Source: an uncultured virus (IMG/VR IMGVR_UViG_3300046721_000269) (Duplodnaviria > Heunggongvirae > Uroviricota > Caudoviricetes). Taken from it: DNA of 20,000 nucleotides. The stretch lies in IMG/VR virus record IMGVR_UViG_3300046721_000269, one strand, 5' to 3'. Both the position numbers and the translations under genes were made by a program. The notes beneath the pieces were generated by a model. It ran no database searches. It was not told the DNA's origin and saw nothing but the letters and a program-made list of their open reading frames with translations. Below are positions 17,595-20,000 of this stretch, one piece after another. Within the stretch, counting starts at the first letter, position 1. Every line of letters starts with the position of its first letter.

Positions 17595-17804
17595 CTAATG
17601 GGGGAAGTTGGCCTCTTTGTCCAGTTGAGCAATGATTAGGTCGGCGCGGATGATCGCCTGTTGCTTCGCCTGCTCATGGGTCATATCGGACATCCCGGCC
17701 GCAATGATGCCGATCAGCCACTGGCGGTACGTCATGCCATCGCAGAAGGCACCTGCTTCTGGAACTGGGAAGGCGGGGGTAATTCCTATCGATTCTTTAG
17801 TCAT
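17595..17804 (-). CDS. Conserved small phage protein (AFP...GMTxRxW/YF...ADxL family)
   Basis: PAFP, DGMTYRQWLIG and RADLIIAQL match the widespread phage 'GMTLRDYFA...ADAML' protein pattern. Confidence 0.75.
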   Translation of the reverse strand: MTKESIGITPAFPVPEAGAFCDGMTYRQWLIGIIAAGMSDMTHEQAKQQAIIRADLIIAQLDKEANFPH

Positions 17805-17827
17805 GTTCGTGTCTCGTTGTGAGCGGG

Positions 17828-17857
17828 TTTATACGCTGCTTCAGGTGCGACTCGCAA
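17828..17857 (-). promoter_or_regulatory. Sigma70-like promoter
   Basis: Minus strand TTGCGA (17857-17852), 18-nt spacer, TATAAA (17833-17828), in a non-coding gap 23 nt upstream of the ATG at 17804. Confidence 0.55.
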
Positions 17858-17876
17858 GAACTTTCGCGAATATCCT

Positions 17877-18101
17877 TTATCGGGCGTGCTCGTCGATGGT
17901 TTCCATGCTCACCCAGGCGCGCCCGCGGCCTGCTACCGGCTGGATAAGCAGCTCGTCTCGACCGTAGCTCCGGCGGGCCTCGACTACCGTTACCCGGATG
18001 CAAAACTGTTCCTCACCCGACGGCACGCGGGCCTCGGGCGGGTACCAAAGCAGGATCCGGTTGACCAGGTCCTTCCTGGGTTTGCGGGTATCTGTTGCCA
18101 T
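17877..18101 (-). CDS. Hypothetical protein (74 aa), beta-rich
   Basis: ATG 4 nt after the upstream stop; VTVVEARRSYGR..LLIQPVAGRGRAWVS suggests a small beta-barrel. Confidence 0.7.
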   Translation of the reverse strand: MATDTRKPRKDLVNRILLWYPPEARVPSGEEQFCIRVTVVEARRSYGRDELLIQPVAGRGRAWVSMETIDEHAR

Positions 18102-18105
18102 AAAG

Positions 18106-18240
18106 TTAATTCAGCCAAAAAAATACGATGCAATGCCGGTTGAAGTGGTTGGTAAACAGGTCCAGGTTAGTGTTGCGGACCATCACCATGGCCCGATCCC
18201 TGCATACCTCGAACCTGATTTGTAGACCCTTCACCTTCAT
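18106..18240 (-). CDS. Hypothetical small protein (44 aa)
   Basis: MKVKGLQIRF start coupled by ATGA to the stop of 18237-18416. Confidence 0.5.
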   Translation of the reverse strand: MKVKGLQIRFEVCRDRAMVMVRNTNLDLFTNHFNRHCIVFFWLN

Positions 18241-18416
18241 CGGCCGCCTCCAAAGCACGCCAGCAGGAACAGCACAAAGAACAGGATCCCGAGGATCCAG
18301 CTCAGACCGAAAGCAAAAACCCGCCCGACGTAGCCTAGACAACTGAGTCCCGCAAAGCGGGAACCCCGTGCCCTTTGGGGGCAACCACGCAGGGCGGGCG
18401 AAATACGATCCCTCAT
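18237..18416 (-). CDS. Small membrane protein (59 aa, absent from the ORF track)
   Basis: MRDRISPALR...VFAFGLSWILGILFFVLFLLACFGGGR*; ATGA overlaps at both ends (18413-16, 18237-40). Confidence 0.65.
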   Translation of the reverse strand: MRDRISPALRGCPQRARGSRFAGLSCLGYVGRVFAFGLSWILGILFFVLFLLACFGGGR

Positions 18417-18613
18417 AGCTCCACCTTATCTTTGATGCATAGGCCTTCCTTGATCAGCAACCGGATCCTCTCAGAGATTAGCCGCTCTGCTACCTCGGCC
18501 CTGCTCTTCCCGAACAAACCGGAGTTGACCAGGCTGTCTAGCTGCTCGCCAAGTTGGGCTGTCGTTGTGAACGTGATTTGAACCGGTGGATTGGGGTTTC
18601 TTGGTCTACTCAT
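18413..18613 (-). CDS. Ribbon-helix-helix (CopG/MetJ-like) transcriptional regulator
   Basis: Alternating beta strand VQITFTT, then helix-G-helix LDSLVNSGLFGKSRAEVAERLI; likely start MSRPR. Confidence 0.75.
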   Translation of the reverse strand: MSRPRNPNPPVQITFTTTAQLGEQLDSLVNSGLFGKSRAEVAERLISERIRLLIKEGLCIKDKVEL

Positions 18614-18723
18614 AGGTTTACAAAATGCCAACCGTTTTGCTTTTTACCCCCACCATAGGACCGCGGACCGCTCGTAAAAGTGCGTCCTGGGGCATCTGGT
18701 GAAGTCTTTTTCTCGATTAGCAT
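18610..18723 (-). CDS. Possible 37-aa leader ORF coupled to the RHH gene
   Basis: MLIEKKTSPD...WHFVNL*; its TGA overlaps the RHH ATG (ATGA 18610-13); no homology evidence. Confidence 0.3.
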   Translation of the reverse strand: MLIEKKTSPDAPGRTFTSGPRSYGGGKKQNGWHFVNL

Positions 18724-18730
18724 GACTTTT

Positions 18731-18787
18731 AGCCGTTTTCGGCTCTGTACCGCTCCCCGTGGCACAAGCGCTGCCCACGAGGAGCGG
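18731..18787 (-). terminator. Tandem stem-loops downstream of the LPD29-like gene (possible terminator or stabiliser, no U-tract)
   Basis: Minus strand CCGCTCCTCGTGGGCA-loop-TGCCACGGGGAGCGG (18750-18787; 15 bp with one U-G pair and one bulge), then AGCCG-AAAA-CGGCT (18731-18744). Confidence 0.45.
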
Positions 18788-18798
18788 ACCAGGGACGA

Positions 18799-20000
18799 CT
18801 ACAGCAACCCGCATTGGCGGGCCATCTGGTCCTCGACGGCCATGTCAAAGCGGTCCGGTCCAGGCTCGACCGCCGCCGTTGTTGGCAGTGCTAACCCAAC
18901 CAAGCTATGGGCCAACTCCCAAACTTGTGGCGAATACTTCTTGTACCAAACGTGTGAGCGCATGCTCCAACGGAAACCGGCGCCCTTGATGCGCGCCAGG
19001 ACCTCCGGCGCGGGCCTGCTCGGGAACCTGATTTCAACCCCGTCATGCTGGTCGTTGCGGGAAATCTGCACCCCGCCGGCTGAAACAGTGGCCGGCATTG
19101 GCGTCACTCCCTTATTGCCGAATATCAGCTTCCAAAAGCAGTAGGTATCATCGGGGCAATCGTCATGCTCGACCTTAACCGGCTCGGCGTAAGAACTCGG
19201 CCAGCTTGTTCGATGACAGAGACGCCACGCCCAATCGCTCAGGTGATCGCCCGGTGATTCCCCGTCGACCAGGCCCTTTTGATCCAGGCCCTTAAACTCA
19301 ATCCCCTTGTGCTCACAAAGCAGCTTGGCTACCGCCTCGATGATCGGTTGCGGGATGCTCCGGCTCTCGCTGATGTAGCGCAGTCCGCCAATCAGCCGCG
19401 TAACCGCAGCATGCTCGGCGCGCTGCTGGATCCGTTCCTCCGTCTCTTCCCCGTCCTGCTCCCGCGTCCACTCCTCATACTTCCCGAGCAAGGCCTTAAC
19501 CTCGTGCTGTGTCGGCCCCAGCTCCCAACGGACATAGGCATGCCCGTAATCGGTTTTGACGCTAAAGGCCGTGCCTGGATAAACCCGAGCCAGCTCGGCC
19601 CGAATGTTGCGCCCTACCCATGCGTGATCGGATTCACCGTGCCGCTTGGACTCGACCCAAGGGAAATCGTTGCGCTTGTTAATGACAGCAGTGCTGACCC
19701 GATCTTCCCATGCCGACGCCCGTTTCTCGCGAGCCTGCTGAGCCTCCAGGTTCTTGCGGACAATATCCGCCTGCTCCTCGGGGCTCTGCCGCTGGTCCTT
19801 AACCGGCCGGTTCTTCACCAGGTCGACCAGCGCCACGTCAACGGCCTGGATGATTTCCTTGTAGTTGGCGCGCGTAATGGTCCAGTTGAACTGCTGGCCG
19901 ATTGCAACCAGCGCCTTGCTGCAATCCTCCCGACCACCACCGCAAATCACGGTGTAACTCCGCCGGTGCTCTTCCCCTCCCTTGATCCCGCTCAGCTCCG
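18799..20000 (-). CDS. LPD29-like (large polyvalent protein-associated domain) protein, N-terminus beyond the window edge
   Basis: Frame open to the right edge; NIRAELARVYPGTAFSVKTD...VRWELGPT matches the LPD29-like pattern; C-terminal GVEIRFPSRP..EVLARIKGAGFRWS...WY domain common in mobile-element proteins. Confidence 0.7.
   Translation of the reverse strand, partial: ELSGIKGGEEHRRSYTVICGGGREDCSKALVAIGQQFNWTITRANYKEIIQAVDVALVDLVKNRPVKDQRQSPEEQADIVRKNLEAQQAREKRASAWEDRVSTAVINKRNDFPWVESKRHGESDHAWVGRNIRAELARVYPGTAFSVKTDYGHAYVRWELGPTQHEVKALLGKYEEWTREQDGEETEERIQQRAEHAAVTRLIGGLRYISESRSIPQPIIEAVAKLLCEHKGIEFKGLDQKGLVDGESPGDHLSDWAWRLCHRTSWPSSYAEPVKVEHDDCPDDTYCFWKLIFGNKGVTPMPATVSAGGVQISRNDQHDGVEIRFPSRPAPEVLARIKGAGFRWSMRSHVWYKKYSPQVWELAHSLVGLALPTTAAVEPGPDRFDMAVEDQMARQCGLL

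Noticed and set aside
18348..18362. Perfect hairpin TCCCGC-AAA-GCGGGA
   Set aside because: Short, lies inside the 59-aa ORF and has no U-tract; not enough to call a terminator or riboswitch
18106..18384. 92-aa ORF-track version of the gene ending at 18106
   Set aside because: Its upstream part overlaps the better-supported 59-aa TM ORF; the coupled ATG at 18240 is the more likely start
1..20000. CRISPR arrays, rRNA/tRNA genes, IS elements, DGR template/variable repeats
   Set aside because: No regularly spaced repeats, transposase, reverse transcriptase or RNA-gene signatures were seen by eye

Overview
Phage or prophage-like, GC-rich window with two convergent arms whose stop codons abut at 9789-9794 (TGA|TCA). 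Plus arm (<1-9791): one giant protein of more than 3261 aa, open at the left edge. It contains a DarB-like SNF2/SF2 helicase, a zincin HExxH metallopeptidase, a long helical region ending in a transmembrane segment with a virion-ejection-protein-like motif, and an Arg-rich tail, i.e. a 'large polyvalent protein'. Minus arm (9792->20000): about 21 short, mostly translationally coupled genes. They include four glycosyltransferase-like ORFs, two SAM-dependent O-methyltransferases (FkbM-like and MycE/TylE-like), a stand-alone DnaA domain-IV-like protein, a tyrosine recombinase embedded mid-operon with an atypical catalytic residue, a ribbon-helix-helix regulator and an LPD29-like protein open at the right edge. 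A sigma70-like promoter (17828-17857) and a highly structured, partly attC-like intergenic element (17483-17589) lie at the head of the 15-gene glycan/recombinase operon. Best candidate for an undescribed system: a phage methylated-glycan synthesis operon co-expressed with a recombinase and preceded by a structured leader. All family calls come from motif recognition by eye; no searches were run.
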